The translations under genes and the position numbers were made by a program. From sequence record MH816966: DNA of 64,000 nt; one strand, given 5' to 3'. Below are positions 46,042 through 55,621 of the stretch, piece by piece (within the stretch, counting starts at the first letter, position 1; each line of letters starts with the position of its first letter). The stretch is from Escherichia phage FEC19. The notes under the pieces were generated by a model, which saw only the letters and a program-made list of their open reading frames with translations, made no database searches and had not been told where the DNA came from.

Positions 46042-46367
46042 ATTGCAAACTCCGCTTCAGCAGTTTTCTGGAATTCAGCCAACTCAGATTCTGACATGTA
46101 ATATAAATTACAGCCGCCAGAGTTAAAATTCTCATAATCGGGTGTGCTGTCAAAAATAAAATTGCCGTACCCAATCATGAGATATTTATAAGGCACCATT
46201 GGTATACCACCAAAACAACGTACCCCCTGAATCAACAATTCGCCATTGCGGTAAACATCTGCGCACATGTGCTCAATTGCGGCGAATATGTGCAGCTGCC
46301 AATAAGCACCGTCAACGTTAAAGCTGATATTCTGGTTAGGTACGCTGTCAAGTGGTATTTGATACAT
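46038..46367 (-). CDS. tail module hypothetical protein
   Basis: 109-aa ORF. Confidence 0.45.
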   Translation of the reverse strand: MYQIPLDSVPNQNISFNVDGAYWQLHIFAAIEHMCADVYRNGELLIQGVRCFGGIPMVPYKYLMIGYGNFIFDSTPDYENFNSGGCNLYYMSESELAEFQKTAEAEFAI

Positions 46368-46834
46368 TATAAAATCTCTTGGTTGCTCACGCCAGTTTTG
46401 ACTACGTTCTCAAACTTAAAGCGATATTGACGTGTTTTTACACGACCCTGAGACTGGATGCCAGGAATTACTGAGCCAGTCGTCAAAGTGCCCTTGTTCA
46501 GTGTAATGACCATGCCAGAAGGGTAGGTCAGAATAAGGGTGATCACGTCTTTCGCAGAGTTCTTTCGCTTGCCTACACGGTTAGCCGCTGCCAGAACATC
46601 TAAGTTCACATCGCTTTCAGAAGTAGGGATGATGTTGACGCCTACTTCAAGAGGGTTGGCACGGTTCCATACTACCAGGTCACCGTTCAATCCCATTGCT
46701 GCTTCAGAGATTTGAAGATCAGGCGCGTCAATCGGATCAGCATCATCTGCGAAATCAGAAAGAGTTACACCATTTGGAAAAGTGTTTGATGCCACTAAAC
46801 GAATCGAAGCGCCAAAACCGGAAACGTTAATCAT
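46367..46834 (-). CDS. tail tube-like protein
   Basis: N-terminus MINVSGFGASIRLVA; follows large tail protein. Confidence 0.45.
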   Translation of the reverse strand: MINVSGFGASIRLVASNTFPNGVTLSDFADDADPIDAPDLQISEAAMGLNGDLVVWNRANPLEVGVNIIPTSESDVNLDVLAAANRVGKRKNSAKDVITLILTYPSGMVITLNKGTLTTGSVIPGIQSQGRVKTRQYRFKFENVVKTGVSNQEIL

Positions 46835-46881
46835 TACAGATTCCTCTCAGAGAGATGGCCGCCAGTTACGGCGGCAATTAT

Positions 46882-48420
46882 TTAGATAAGAACGTCACGA
46901 CCTTCAACGCGACGCACAGCATCATCTTTAGAGTAGATTAGCGTGTATGTTGCATAGTATTCGGTGCGCCCATCGGAAGTGGTTTCAGTATCAAAATCTA
47001 CAGTCAGCCAGTAACCGATAGTTTCAACCTGCCGCCAAGCAGTGTTGTCACCGGAAGTTTGCGTGATGTATTGTTTCTGAATCTCAGTCAGCGCCTTGCC
47101 AACAGAGATGGTGCCGTTCACTTTTGCGTTATCCACAGCAACCTGAATCATGGCTTGCACAGTCGCTTTCCCTTCTTCGTTAGCAGGGACGCGACCAAGA
47201 TTCAAGAACATGCTGAACAGCTGAGATGTAATAGCAGACTTGAGCCACATTTCGTTGGCATAAGTGTTCATATCAACTGCTGCTGTTGACCCGCCCATCA
47301 ATACGCCGCGCTGGAAGAATGCCAAGGTTTGTCCGGCCTGCTGAGTAGCACCGATGTAGTTCGCACGGTTTTGATCAGCAGTATCTGCGCGAGAGTCAGT
47401 TGAAACAGTCACGTTGCGAGTATCAAACTGATAATACATGTAGTTTTGAGTCGCATTCACAGTATTATAGTTTGTTGCCGCGAGGATTTCAGCAGGTGCT
47501 TGGTCGATGTAATCGTTGGCAAGGTTAGTTGCGCGAATCATCATGCCAACGCCTGAGTACCCTTTCAGAGCGGTGTAGTATGACCCGATATTAGCGAACG
47601 AAGTCGAGAATAAATACATGTACATATTATTCTGCGAATGAGTCCACGCTGCCACAGCGGTAATCTCTTCCAGAGTTCGGTCTGCTCCAGCGAAAAGGAA
47701 TGAGCCGAAGTTGTTGGAGATTTCCACAGATGCTGCGATTGCTTCTACCGGACTTGAAACGCCCTGGCCTGCAACGGTTACGGTGCCAGTGGTGGTCCAA
47801 CCCAACGCTTGAGACGGGTCGGTCGGTTGGCCTGTGACGTTGATAGACAGGTTGCCTGCACCAGCGGTAGACGGTGCTGCTTCCAGCGTGAACTGCTGAG
47901 TATTAGCATTCCAATACACTTCTGCATCAGCAAGTGCAGGCACCGATGTGCCACCTTCTGCTGCAAATTTAGTATTGATTGCCGTTTCCAGAAGTTCAGC
48001 AACATTTGCCAGACTTGTCGCTGCTGAAAGGTTAATTGCGTCAGTCAGGTAGTCTGTGCCATCGTAAGTGATGCTTAAGATAGCGCCAGTGAATGCCTGA
48101 AACGTAGCAAGCACTTTAGGCTCAGTATCACCGATTACCATTGCTGGAATCGCAGTCGACACAATACGCGAGAAGCTGATCGAATCAGGCGAGTTAATTT
48201 GCTTGCTGATGAATCCAAAATATAATGCTGCGCGCTTATATTCTTCGGAAGAATAACCGAAATATGATCCAACAGCATCAGCCGTTGAAAATTCTGCTAC
48301 AATGCCAGGCGGCAGAACTGTATTAGAAGTCATGACGCGAAGAGACAGTTTGCGAACTGCAACAGCCGCGCCTGCTCCGACCCCTGATACAATTTTAATA
48401 TAACGAGATTGACTGATCAC
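46882..48420 (-). CDS. major tail structural protein (sheath-like?)
   Basis: 512 aa, immediately upstream of tube-like gene; no motif confirmed. Confidence 0.4.
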   Translation of the reverse strand: MISQSRYIKIVSGVGAGAAVAVRKLSLRVMTSNTVLPPGIVAEFSTADAVGSYFGYSSEEYKRAALYFGFISKQINSPDSISFSRIVSTAIPAMVIGDTEPKVLATFQAFTGAILSITYDGTDYLTDAINLSAATSLANVAELLETAINTKFAAEGGTSVPALADAEVYWNANTQQFTLEAAPSTAGAGNLSINVTGQPTDPSQALGWTTTGTVTVAGQGVSSPVEAIAASVEISNNFGSFLFAGADRTLEEITAVAAWTHSQNNMYMYLFSTSFANIGSYYTALKGYSGVGMMIRATNLANDYIDQAPAEILAATNYNTVNATQNYMYYQFDTRNVTVSTDSRADTADQNRANYIGATQQAGQTLAFFQRGVLMGGSTAAVDMNTYANEMWLKSAITSQLFSMFLNLGRVPANEEGKATVQAMIQVAVDNAKVNGTISVGKALTEIQKQYITQTSGDNTAWRQVETIGYWLTVDFDTETTSDGRTEYYATYTLIYSKDDAVRRVEGRDVLI

Positions 48421-48432
48421 GTCGGTGTCCTC

Positions 48433-48918
48433 TTATTTAATGACTTGGCTGTTGACAGATTGCCACATAAGACTGCTGTGGATTAAAGGCTTGTCGAATC
48501 CCTTCACACGTACAGTATATCTGGCGTTTCTTTGCCACGGTCCGTTTTTAATTGATTCGACAATCTTTGCTTCCATCGCAAGCCCAATTTGACCCAATGC
48601 CTGTCTAGCGTCTATTTTACCGGAAAAAATCTTTTTAGCAATTTTATTCTCTATTTCACTGCGCTCACTAACGAATAATTCATAGGCATATCTCATGAAT
48701 GGTCTGGGTGGCACTTCTACCCTGACTGGGCCTTGTCCAAAGTTCAAAACGGCTATGTGACCAAATTCGTTAAGCCGCGCGACTTCTGAAACCAACATTC
48801 CTTCTCCACCAGTTTCTGAAGGGTATCTGGTAGAATCAAACCATCCCGCCTCGACAGTAAGACCCTTCATAGATTGAAGCGCCTTAATCTGTTTTTCTAT
48901 CATTTTTGATTTTGTCAT
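48433..48918 (-). CDS. head-tail joining / tail completion protein, putative
   Basis: Position; start trimmed to MTKSKM. Confidence 0.4.
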   Translation of the reverse strand: MTKSKMIEKQIKALQSMKGLTVEAGWFDSTRYPSETGGEGMLVSEVARLNEFGHIAVLNFGQGPVRVEVPPRPFMRYAYELFVSERSEIENKIAKKIFSGKIDARQALGQIGLAMEAKIVESIKNGPWQRNARYTVRVKGFDKPLIHSSLMWQSVNSQVIK

Positions 48919-48919
48919 A

Positions 48920-49501
48920 TTACACCGGAACGTCACCCAAATCATTATTAACAGCTCTTGCCACTGCAGGAGTATCAATTGAAATTGCGTTTCTGTGAAG
49001 TATTACCAAATCAAAAGAAGGGAATGATTCAAATTGCGACATATCATCATAAAACTTTTCATTATTATTCATGTCGATTCGATATACTGAGGCCTGATGC
49101 TTTTTGAACCAATCTCTCAGATTAGCTTTATGAGTTATGAATCTTGCCAAATAAGTCAATACGTCATTAGCAGTAGGCTTTTCTGGGTCACCAGGGACTT
49201 CTGGAAATAAGCCACTAATTTGAAAACGTGTTGCGTATATCTGATCTTCAATATCTTTAAATTTGCCGTTTACAAATTGAGACTCATCATTGACAAATTC
49301 ACTTTTCCTCATGGACCATCCAAACGGAACTGAGAATAAAAGGTTAAACCAAATTTGGTCACCAGTCGGAATGCCCTGTTGAGTCGGTTGATACTTTTTC
49401 TGGACCGGAACAGCAGAAAGGTCTGCACGACTATACGCCGCCAGACCTTCTTCAATTCGCGTTGCCAGCATGTCAATCAGGTCGACATCTGTCATATACA
49501 C
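48920..49501 (-). CDS. head-tail connector region hypothetical protein
   Basis: 193-aa ORF. Confidence 0.45.
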   Translation of the reverse strand: MYMTDVDLIDMLATRIEEGLAAYSRADLSAVPVQKKYQPTQQGIPTGDQIWFNLLFSVPFGWSMRKSEFVNDESQFVNGKFKDIEDQIYATRFQISGLFPEVPGDPEKPTANDVLTYLARFITHKANLRDWFKKHQASVYRIDMNNNEKFYDDMSQFESFPSFDLVILHRNAISIDTPAVARAVNNDLGDVPV

Positions 49502-49502
49502 C

Positions 49503-49889
49503 TCAAGTAGACACTGGAAAGCTTTGTTTTATTTCCACGGCAAGGCAAGTCGTCCAACCATCTTGGTCAAACCATGTCGTTTCATCTTCCATTTTATACG
49601 TTTTCCCACCAAACACAAAATAGTCGCCGGAAGCGTCGCGGTCAAGGTCAACAATGTCTTTGTCTACCCAGATTTTGACATAGTTCTTTTGAAGCTCCAA
49701 TCCAAGCTCGACGTATTGATTTCGAAGAACAGCCTGCACCGAAGCAAGTAGCGTGATTGGTTCTTCATAAGTGGTAACGTAGTTGCGCATTTTATCAAGA
49801 GTGCGCCCCTTGTACATGTAATATTGAATCGGTTGGCGACCGATGACCTTTGTCGCAACTCGATATAAGTTTACGCCAGGAATCCTCAC
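49503..49889 (-). CDS. head-tail connector region hypothetical protein
   Basis: 128-aa ORF. Confidence 0.45.
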   Translation of the reverse strand: MRIPGVNLYRVATKVIGRQPIQYYMYKGRTLDKMRNYVTTYEEPITLLASVQAVLRNQYVELGLELQKNYVKIWVDKDIVDLDRDASGDYFVFGGKTYKMEDETTWFDQDGWTTCLAVEIKQSFPVST

Positions 49890-50350
49890 CAGAATACCCC
49901 ACCAATTTTACGAAATCCTTCGCGCTCTGGAAGACCGCCAAACGACAAGCCGCCGACAGCCAGTGCTTGCAGAAGCGCCCAAAGCGCCATGCCATAAGGA
50001 GTACTTGAAAGCCAGTATTCCCAACCATCACTTGCAGGCGGCGCTACCTTATTCACGGTGATGTCACCGATTGTTGCACCAGTCACGAAGCCGCCTTGTT
50101 CAACTCCGTCACCAGAAGACACAGACACCTGTTGGTCTGTGGCTATGCATAAAAGATGAGCCGTCATATATTCCAATGCCAGCTCCAATTTACTGCCATT
50201 TAAAACACGACAAGGACTGTCTTGTGATTCAATAAATTCACATGCCATGTCATAGAAAACTTGAAGCGTTGTGTCAGGGAATTTTACCTGATCAGCAAAC
50301 TGTGGAAATTTTATTCTGAACTTTTCGTAATCTAATGACATGGCATTCAC
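49886..50350 (-). CDS. head-tail connector region hypothetical protein
   Basis: 154-aa ORF. Confidence 0.45.
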   Translation of the reverse strand: MNAMSLDYEKFRIKFPQFADQVKFPDTTLQVFYDMACEFIESQDSPCRVLNGSKLELALEYMTAHLLCIATDQQVSVSSGDGVEQGGFVTGATIGDITVNKVAPPASDGWEYWLSSTPYGMALWALLQALAVGGLSFGGLPEREGFRKIGGVFW

Positions 50351-50355
50351 CTTAT

Positions 50356-50820
50356 TTAAACGCGGAACAAATCATCTTCTTGTTCGCCGCTCAATTTAAC
50401 CTTGATGCGCTTGTCAGCCGTCTCACGCGTCATAGGTGCGAACGGGTCATCTGACATGCCGCGCACTTCTTTAGCGACAGCTTTATGATTGCCAACGATG
50501 TCGTGGTTAACCACTTTAACCAGACCTTTTTCAAGGTGCTGCTTGAATACGTGATGATCTTTTAAATGTTCAAAATCAGCATCGCTTACAACGGTGACGA
50601 TTCCTTCAGGAGTCCACAAAGGTGCACCATCAGCGCCTTTTGCCATTTCACCAAAGCCGGAAGTTGCCGAAGTAAGACCAGCACCGCCCTTGATCAGAAT
50701 CTGTTTGCGAATATTTGGAAGAGCGCCTGAACCAGCTTTTGCATTCGGGTTTTCTTTCACTTCCGTATAGAAAGTGTAGTTGACTGACATAGACATAGTT
50801 GAAACGATGTATTTTGGCAT
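50356..50820 (-). CDS. structural hypothetical protein
   Basis: 154-aa ORF. Confidence 0.45.
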   Translation of the reverse strand: MPKYIVSTMSMSVNYTFYTEVKENPNAKAGSGALPNIRKQILIKGGAGLTSATSGFGEMAKGADGAPLWTPEGIVTVVSDADFEHLKDHHVFKQHLEKGLVKVVNHDIVGNHKAVAKEVRGMSDDPFAPMTRETADKRIKVKLSGEQEDDLFRV

Positions 50821-50880
50821 TTTGTAGTCCTATTTATATAAGCCTCAGATAAGCCCCTACAGCCCTTGAGGTCTATTGAT

Positions 50881-50910
50881 ATGGGGCGAAGCCTTTCGAC
50901 CACGCCCCAT
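50881..50910. other. strong stem-loop (atggggcg / cgccccat) just downstream of capsid gene
   Basis: Perfect 8-bp inverted repeat; U-run only on plus side. Confidence 0.4.
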
Positions 50911-50935
50911 GTGTTTTACTGTGTAATCACAGCAA

Positions 50936-52075
50936 TTAGATACCAGTCATACGGACGACTGCGAAAGGACGCTTGAGCAGAACGCCTGCTGTTGCGTTTG
51001 CGTAGTCTTCAACGTAGCTCTTAGCACGTTTCTCAACGCCCAGAGTCATGAACTTAGTCTGAACCAGCTGGCTGAATACGGAACCATCGTCGCTTGAACC
51101 ATCAATTGAGGAATCGATGTGATCAGCGTACAGATATGCCACGTTCAGGAAAGTCGGGTCACTGCCAAGTGCGCCGTTGAGTTCCGGTGCAGATTTGATC
51201 TTCATCTTCGGATAAGTCTGGGTGATCCAGTCACGTACAGAAATACCGAAGTCGGTGGTGTTTGACAGCCAATCAATAGAGTTGGTCGGCAGCGCCAGAG
51301 TCATATCAACCTTCTCTGGATCAATCTGGTCCTGAGAGTTGACACGGATTTGACGAACCATCAAACGGATGTCTGCAGTCACCTGTTGGAAGGTCGCAGT
51401 AGCCCAGCCGGAAGTGGTGTTTGAAGTCATCGCCGCTGGCAGGTTTGGATCATTCAGGAAGCCGAACGTGCGGTTGTTCCCGTTGTACCAGCCATAGAAG
51501 CCGATTGCGTTACGCATGATTTCCAGAGATACAGCAGCCTGCTGGCGCTTGGTCTCTGCGGAGTTCAGACGCATCGCAGACGCGCGACCTTCTTCCAGCA
51601 TGCCGACTGCCATGCCCATTTCACCACGAACGATGGAGCGGCGTTCAAAGTTTACGTTCCAGCTTGCCAGAGGAATAGAGGTGAAATCACCATATTCAAC
51701 TGCGGTGCCAGCTGGTTCAACGATACCCTGAACGATTTCCGCATCTTCCCACTGACCAACGGTGTCAATACCAACCAGCTCATCGATTTTACGAGCGGCG
51801 GTCATGATTTTGACGAAGCCAGGCAGCCACTGTTGCAGGAATTGCAGCGGGGTCGGGATTGATGGCGTGGTCTGCGGCGCAGTAAACGCGGCGTCACCTA
51901 CGCGGAAAGCGCCTGCACGGTTTAAGTGCTCAATCTGATCACGCACAATCGCGGAATCAAACACAATACCGATACGAGCAAGCTGGGAAACAGCCGCGTC
52001 GGTTACGGATTGCATATCAAAAGGACGCACCTTGCTCGCTGGGAGGCGAGAGTGTGTTTGGCTAATGCGAGTCAT
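50936..52075 (-). CDS. major capsid protein, putative
   Basis: 379 aa, position after protease/scaffold, followed by stem-loop. Confidence 0.6.
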   Translation of the reverse strand: MTRISQTHSRLPASKVRPFDMQSVTDAAVSQLARIGIVFDSAIVRDQIEHLNRAGAFRVGDAAFTAPQTTPSIPTPLQFLQQWLPGFVKIMTAARKIDELVGIDTVGQWEDAEIVQGIVEPAGTAVEYGDFTSIPLASWNVNFERRSIVRGEMGMAVGMLEEGRASAMRLNSAETKRQQAAVSLEIMRNAIGFYGWYNGNNRTFGFLNDPNLPAAMTSNTTSGWATATFQQVTADIRLMVRQIRVNSQDQIDPEKVDMTLALPTNSIDWLSNTTDFGISVRDWITQTYPKMKIKSAPELNGALGSDPTFLNVAYLYADHIDSSIDGSSDDGSVFSQLVQTKFMTLGVEKRAKSYVEDYANATAGVLLKRPFAVVRMTGI

Positions 52076-52089
52076 TATTCACCTGCCTA

Positions 52090-52707
52090 TTAACGAGTCA
52101 ATTGTACAATGGTATAAGTGGAAGACTGGACGCTTGGGCCGGAAAGGGCAATAGTCGTCGGGTCAATCACAATACCGCCTGGGATGGCAACCATGCCAGT
52201 TGGCAATGAGCCAGTATAGGCGATAATTGCACCAATAGGCAAGTTGTTCGGGTTGTTACCGCTGGAAATGCCTTTAGGTACATAAGCAAGCAGGTCGCCA
52301 TAGTTAAGCGTCTGCGGACTGGTGCTTGGGTTGAATACTTCAACTACGAGGCCCGTGCACATATCATAGAACTCGCCTTCGCTATATTGAGGCAGAACCA
52401 TGCTGGCACCCAAAGGGCCAGTAGAGTTGCCATACAGCGCGTAACGCTTGCTATTGCCGAGGATGCCGTAGTAGTTAGTGCCGCCCAGCTCAACTTCAAA
52501 GTCCTGCGCGCCCAAAGTTTTGGTTTGACCAGTACCCATTAAGGATACGTCAGTCTTAAAACCGAACACACGGCTGATGGCGTTTACGTTTGCGCCTTCG
52601 TTAGCGTTGGCAATTCGGCCTGGCTTCCCACGCTGTGGGCCGTCGCGAACGATGTCGCCAGGAAAGCCAGTTGTATATTGACGGCCTACACTAGTTTGGA
52701 AAGTCAT
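52090..52707 (-). CDS. capsid-associated structural protein
   Basis: Start trimmed to MTFQTS; lies between scaffold and capsid genes. Confidence 0.45.
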   Translation of the reverse strand: MTFQTSVGRQYTTGFPGDIVRDGPQRGKPGRIANANEGANVNAISRVFGFKTDVSLMGTGQTKTLGAQDFEVELGGTNYYGILGNSKRYALYGNSTGPLGASMVLPQYSEGEFYDMCTGLVVEVFNPSTSPQTLNYGDLLAYVPKGISSGNNPNNLPIGAIIAYTGSLPTGMVAIPGGIVIDPTTIALSGPSVQSSTYTIVQLTR

Positions 52708-52709
52708 GT

Positions 52710-54128
52710 TTATTCCCCTTTCAACCAAGCTTCAAACGCTTCGTCAGTTGCTGCAGAATCCGCAGCGGCCTTTTGTTTTGCGACTACACGCTGTTTTTGA
52801 CCGTGTTCAACGCCGCGCAGATAATTATCCACCACGTCAAACTCAGCACCATCAACGCACTTCAAGCCTAACTTTTTAGCGCCATATTTCGCTACGGACT
52901 TGGAGTCCATAGTTGCATGATCAAAGGCACCAACAACTTTAGACAGGCGCTGGTAGAGGCTATTCTTACGAGCAGAATCAGCGTAGAAAGCAGCAACTGC
53001 TGAATCAGATGCCATTGAGTGTTCCCCTTTTGCTGGACCTGGCGACGCTTTCGCCGCTTTTGTCGGTTTGTCATCTTTTTCGACCGAAGCCCCCTTTACG
53101 TTGCTGTTTTGCAGGCCGCTAACCACATCTTCAGCTTTGTCGCAAGGTGATACATCTTCAGCCTTGACTTCAACTTCTTCGTCTTTGACTTCGGCTTCAA
53201 CTTCTTCTTCATCACCTACCGCGCCACCTTTCAGTTTTGCAATAAGTGCTTCGATTTGGCTGATCAGTTGCGGAAGCTCGCCGCCAGCGTGAGATTCAGT
53301 TTCAACTTCAAACTTCTCTTCACCTTCTGGAGTCTCTTCAGCTTCTGCTTTGACTTCTGGATCAACCATCACTTCTTCACGTTCTTCGGTTGAATCCTTC
53401 TCTTCTGCTTTCACTTCAACTTCGTCCTGATGAGCAGCTTCGGTGCTCTCTTCATTCAGAAATTGTTCGAGCGCAGGGATCAGTGACTTCAGCTGTTCAA
53501 CAGCATTATCACGCGCTTTACCTTTTAACGGTTTTGGCATGTCTAAATCCTCGTTGGATGGTGTTACAGTCGTCAAACAAAGATGGTCAAAGCAACGACC
53601 ATCCAGCACCCGTGCACCTGGTACTCGACCAACGTCCACGAGAGCAATGTGGTTGCCGCGAAGAGTTGTCTGTACCACTTCATACGGCTGCCCGTCAAAC
53701 TCTCCAGACTGTATGATGAATTCACAGTCATAGCCCAAAGACAAGTCAACCTTTCCAGAATCGATGGCTTTCTTCAGACGACGGCTAAAAACTTTAAGGT
53801 CGCCGCGCATCCATGGCTTGTCATAATAAACATTGCCAGTTAGAACGCCATCAACGCCATACTCTTCGGGTGCTGTGTTATCCTCATCACCTTCGAATCC
53901 AGAAAGCATTTCGTGATTGTCGATGAAAGGGATATTTTTGAATGAATCTATCGCTTCGGGGTCTTTCACCGCTGACTCTGGGCGATAAACTTTTACGATG
54001 CGATTCGGATCACCATCAAGTCCAACCTGACCTGCAGAATAATCAAAAATGCCAAATGACGAAATGGGACAACCCACAATCGTCAAGAATCCATTTTTGT
54101 CAATTTCGCGTGCCGTTTGCATTCGCAT
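52710..54128 (-). CDS. prohead protease-like N-terminal domain fused to acidic scaffold-like region
   Basis: Long E/K/V-rich acidic repeats (EVEAEVKDEEVEVKAED) after a ~200-aa N-terminal domain. Confidence 0.5.
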   Translation of the reverse strand: MRMQTAREIDKNGFLTIVGCPISSFGIFDYSAGQVGLDGDPNRIVKVYRPESAVKDPEAIDSFKNIPFIDNHEMLSGFEGDEDNTAPEEYGVDGVLTGNVYYDKPWMRGDLKVFSRRLKKAIDSGKVDLSLGYDCEFIIQSGEFDGQPYEVVQTTLRGNHIALVDVGRVPGARVLDGRCFDHLCLTTVTPSNEDLDMPKPLKGKARDNAVEQLKSLIPALEQFLNEESTEAAHQDEVEVKAEEKDSTEEREEVMVDPEVKAEAEETPEGEEKFEVETESHAGGELPQLISQIEALIAKLKGGAVGDEEEVEAEVKDEEVEVKAEDVSPCDKAEDVVSGLQNSNVKGASVEKDDKPTKAAKASPGPAKGEHSMASDSAVAAFYADSARKNSLYQRLSKVVGAFDHATMDSKSVAKYGAKKLGLKCVDGAEFDVVDNYLRGVEHGQKQRVVAKQKAAADSAATDEAFEAWLKGE

Positions 54129-54151
54129 CCACCCTCAAATAAGTATTGTGT

Positions 54152-54180
54152 ATTATATCTAATGAAAAAAACTTAGGCAA
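54152..54180 (-). promoter_or_regulatory. sigma70-like promoter (TTGCCT-17-TATAAT) for capsid operon
   Basis: Read from reverse complement; GAGGGTGG RBS before ATG 54128. Confidence 0.55.
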
Positions 54181-54224
54181 ACAATAATTATGGTTTGAAT
54201 ATGTATAACAACCGATATAGCCGC

Positions 54225-54530
54225 GCCTTAATTAGTGTGATACGGATGATACGGATAAAATGAGGCGTATTTTTATCCGTATCGGTGTATAAGCCGCGCT
54301 ATCACTGGTGTGCTACGGATGATACGGATGATACGGATACTTTTCATATATAAGAGTTTATAAAAAAAATAAAATTAAATTAGATATATAATTTTAAATT
54401 AATTTATTTGAATTCCTATAAAGTATCGCGGCAACGCGTATCATCCGTATCATCCGTAAGATTCTTTTGAAAACAACTACTTACTTGATACGGATGATAC
54501 GTCATTATACGCGTAAAATCCTGCGGCAAT
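54225..54530. repeat. composite intergenic element copy 2 (TACGGATGA 9-mers, 13-bp perfect inverted repeat, AT-rich core, GCGTATAATGACGTA box)
   Basis: Homologous to 2140-2450; triple tandem tacggatga at ~54282-54308. Confidence 0.8.
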
Positions 54531-54545
54531 CCATTGCCAGGCGAT

Positions 54546-54683
54546 TCAGTGAATATTAAAAAGCACTCCAGCAACTAAAACGCCAATCAGCATCGAGTCG
54601 TAAACAGCCCATTTCCAAGAAAGCAAAGAGTTGCAATTAATATTTCGCACTTTAACGTAACGTGACTGAATAATCTTTTGCAT
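54546..54683 (-). CDS. small membrane protein (45 aa, C-terminal TM), not in ORF track
   Basis: AAGAGGA RBS; MQKIIQSRYVKV...MLIGVLVAGVLFNIH. Confidence 0.35.
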   Translation of the reverse strand: MQKIIQSRYVKVRNINCNSLLSWKWAVYDSMLIGVLVAGVLFNIH

Positions 54684-54693
54684 AACTTCCTCT

Positions 54694-55614
54694 TTAGTTC
54701 AACTTAATTGCGGTGATCTGTCCGTAAACGGTAGATGTCAATGCGTCTGTGCATTGATAGTTTAGATACACATTGCCAGGCGCGGCAAGAGTAATTATCT
54801 TTGTTGGAATATTGCCGCCGAAACGACCTGCAGCCCGAATGCCAGCAGACATCGTGAATGCATCATCCGTAATATCTGAATTACTTGTTGACAATTTTAC
54901 TGTAATTCCGGTATTCGCTTGAACTCCTTCTGTTGCGACAGTCAACTGACTTGCTGTCACAAGCCATTTCCCTGCAGGCAGGTTTAATGTTGCCAGATTC
55001 ACCAGAGTTGTCGGAGGATTGCTTACACTATTGCTTGTGTTTTGCACATTGCTTGCAGCAGCATTAAGAACTCCAGAACCATCAATTGATAGTGTCGTTC
55101 CTACTTTTACGCCACCCAAGGTTGATGCTGATGCAATCGGTAACGAGTATTGAGTAACACTAATTGTACCGTCACCTGCAACACTTATGCCACTTCCTAT
55201 CTTGACACCGCCGAGAACAGAAGCCGTTGCCGCTGGTAACGTGTATTGGTTGCCGCTGGATTTGACTACCTTAACGGCGACAGCATTCTTGGACCCTCCA
55301 GACTCCATGCCTATAATCACCGCTTCTCCAAAAGCGATGGTGATTGTAGATGCAGTTAAACCAGTCTGCACGTCTGTTATGTTCATTTTGGGAACTGAAA
55401 GTGTCAGATTCGGCTTGCTGGTAGAATCGCCATCATTACCGATCATAAAGAATTGACCAACTGAATTGTATCCAGACGCCAATGGCGGACTCAATGGAAC
55501 AATCAGGTTTTTATCGGATGTAAATTCTGAAACAATCGCCAAACCGTTAGCATATACAGCAGGCAATACTGGCGTTTGTCCAGATAGAGGAAACGTGCTG
55601 ATTGGTATCGTCAT
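54694..55614 (-). CDS. fiber-like structural protein with internal tandem repeat
   Basis: Repeat YTLPAATASVLGGVKIGSGISVAGDGTISV / YSLPIASASTLGGVKVGTTLSIDGSGVLNA. Confidence 0.5.
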   Translation of the reverse strand: MTIPISTFPLSGQTPVLPAVYANGLAIVSEFTSDKNLIVPLSPPLASGYNSVGQFFMIGNDGDSTSKPNLTLSVPKMNITDVQTGLTASTITIAFGEAVIIGMESGGSKNAVAVKVVKSSGNQYTLPAATASVLGGVKIGSGISVAGDGTISVTQYSLPIASASTLGGVKVGTTLSIDGSGVLNAAASNVQNTSNSVSNPPTTLVNLATLNLPAGKWLVTASQLTVATEGVQANTGITVKLSTSNSDITDDAFTMSAGIRAAGRFGGNIPTKIITLAAPGNVYLNYQCTDALTSTVYGQITAIKLN

Positions 55615-55621
55615 AATGACC

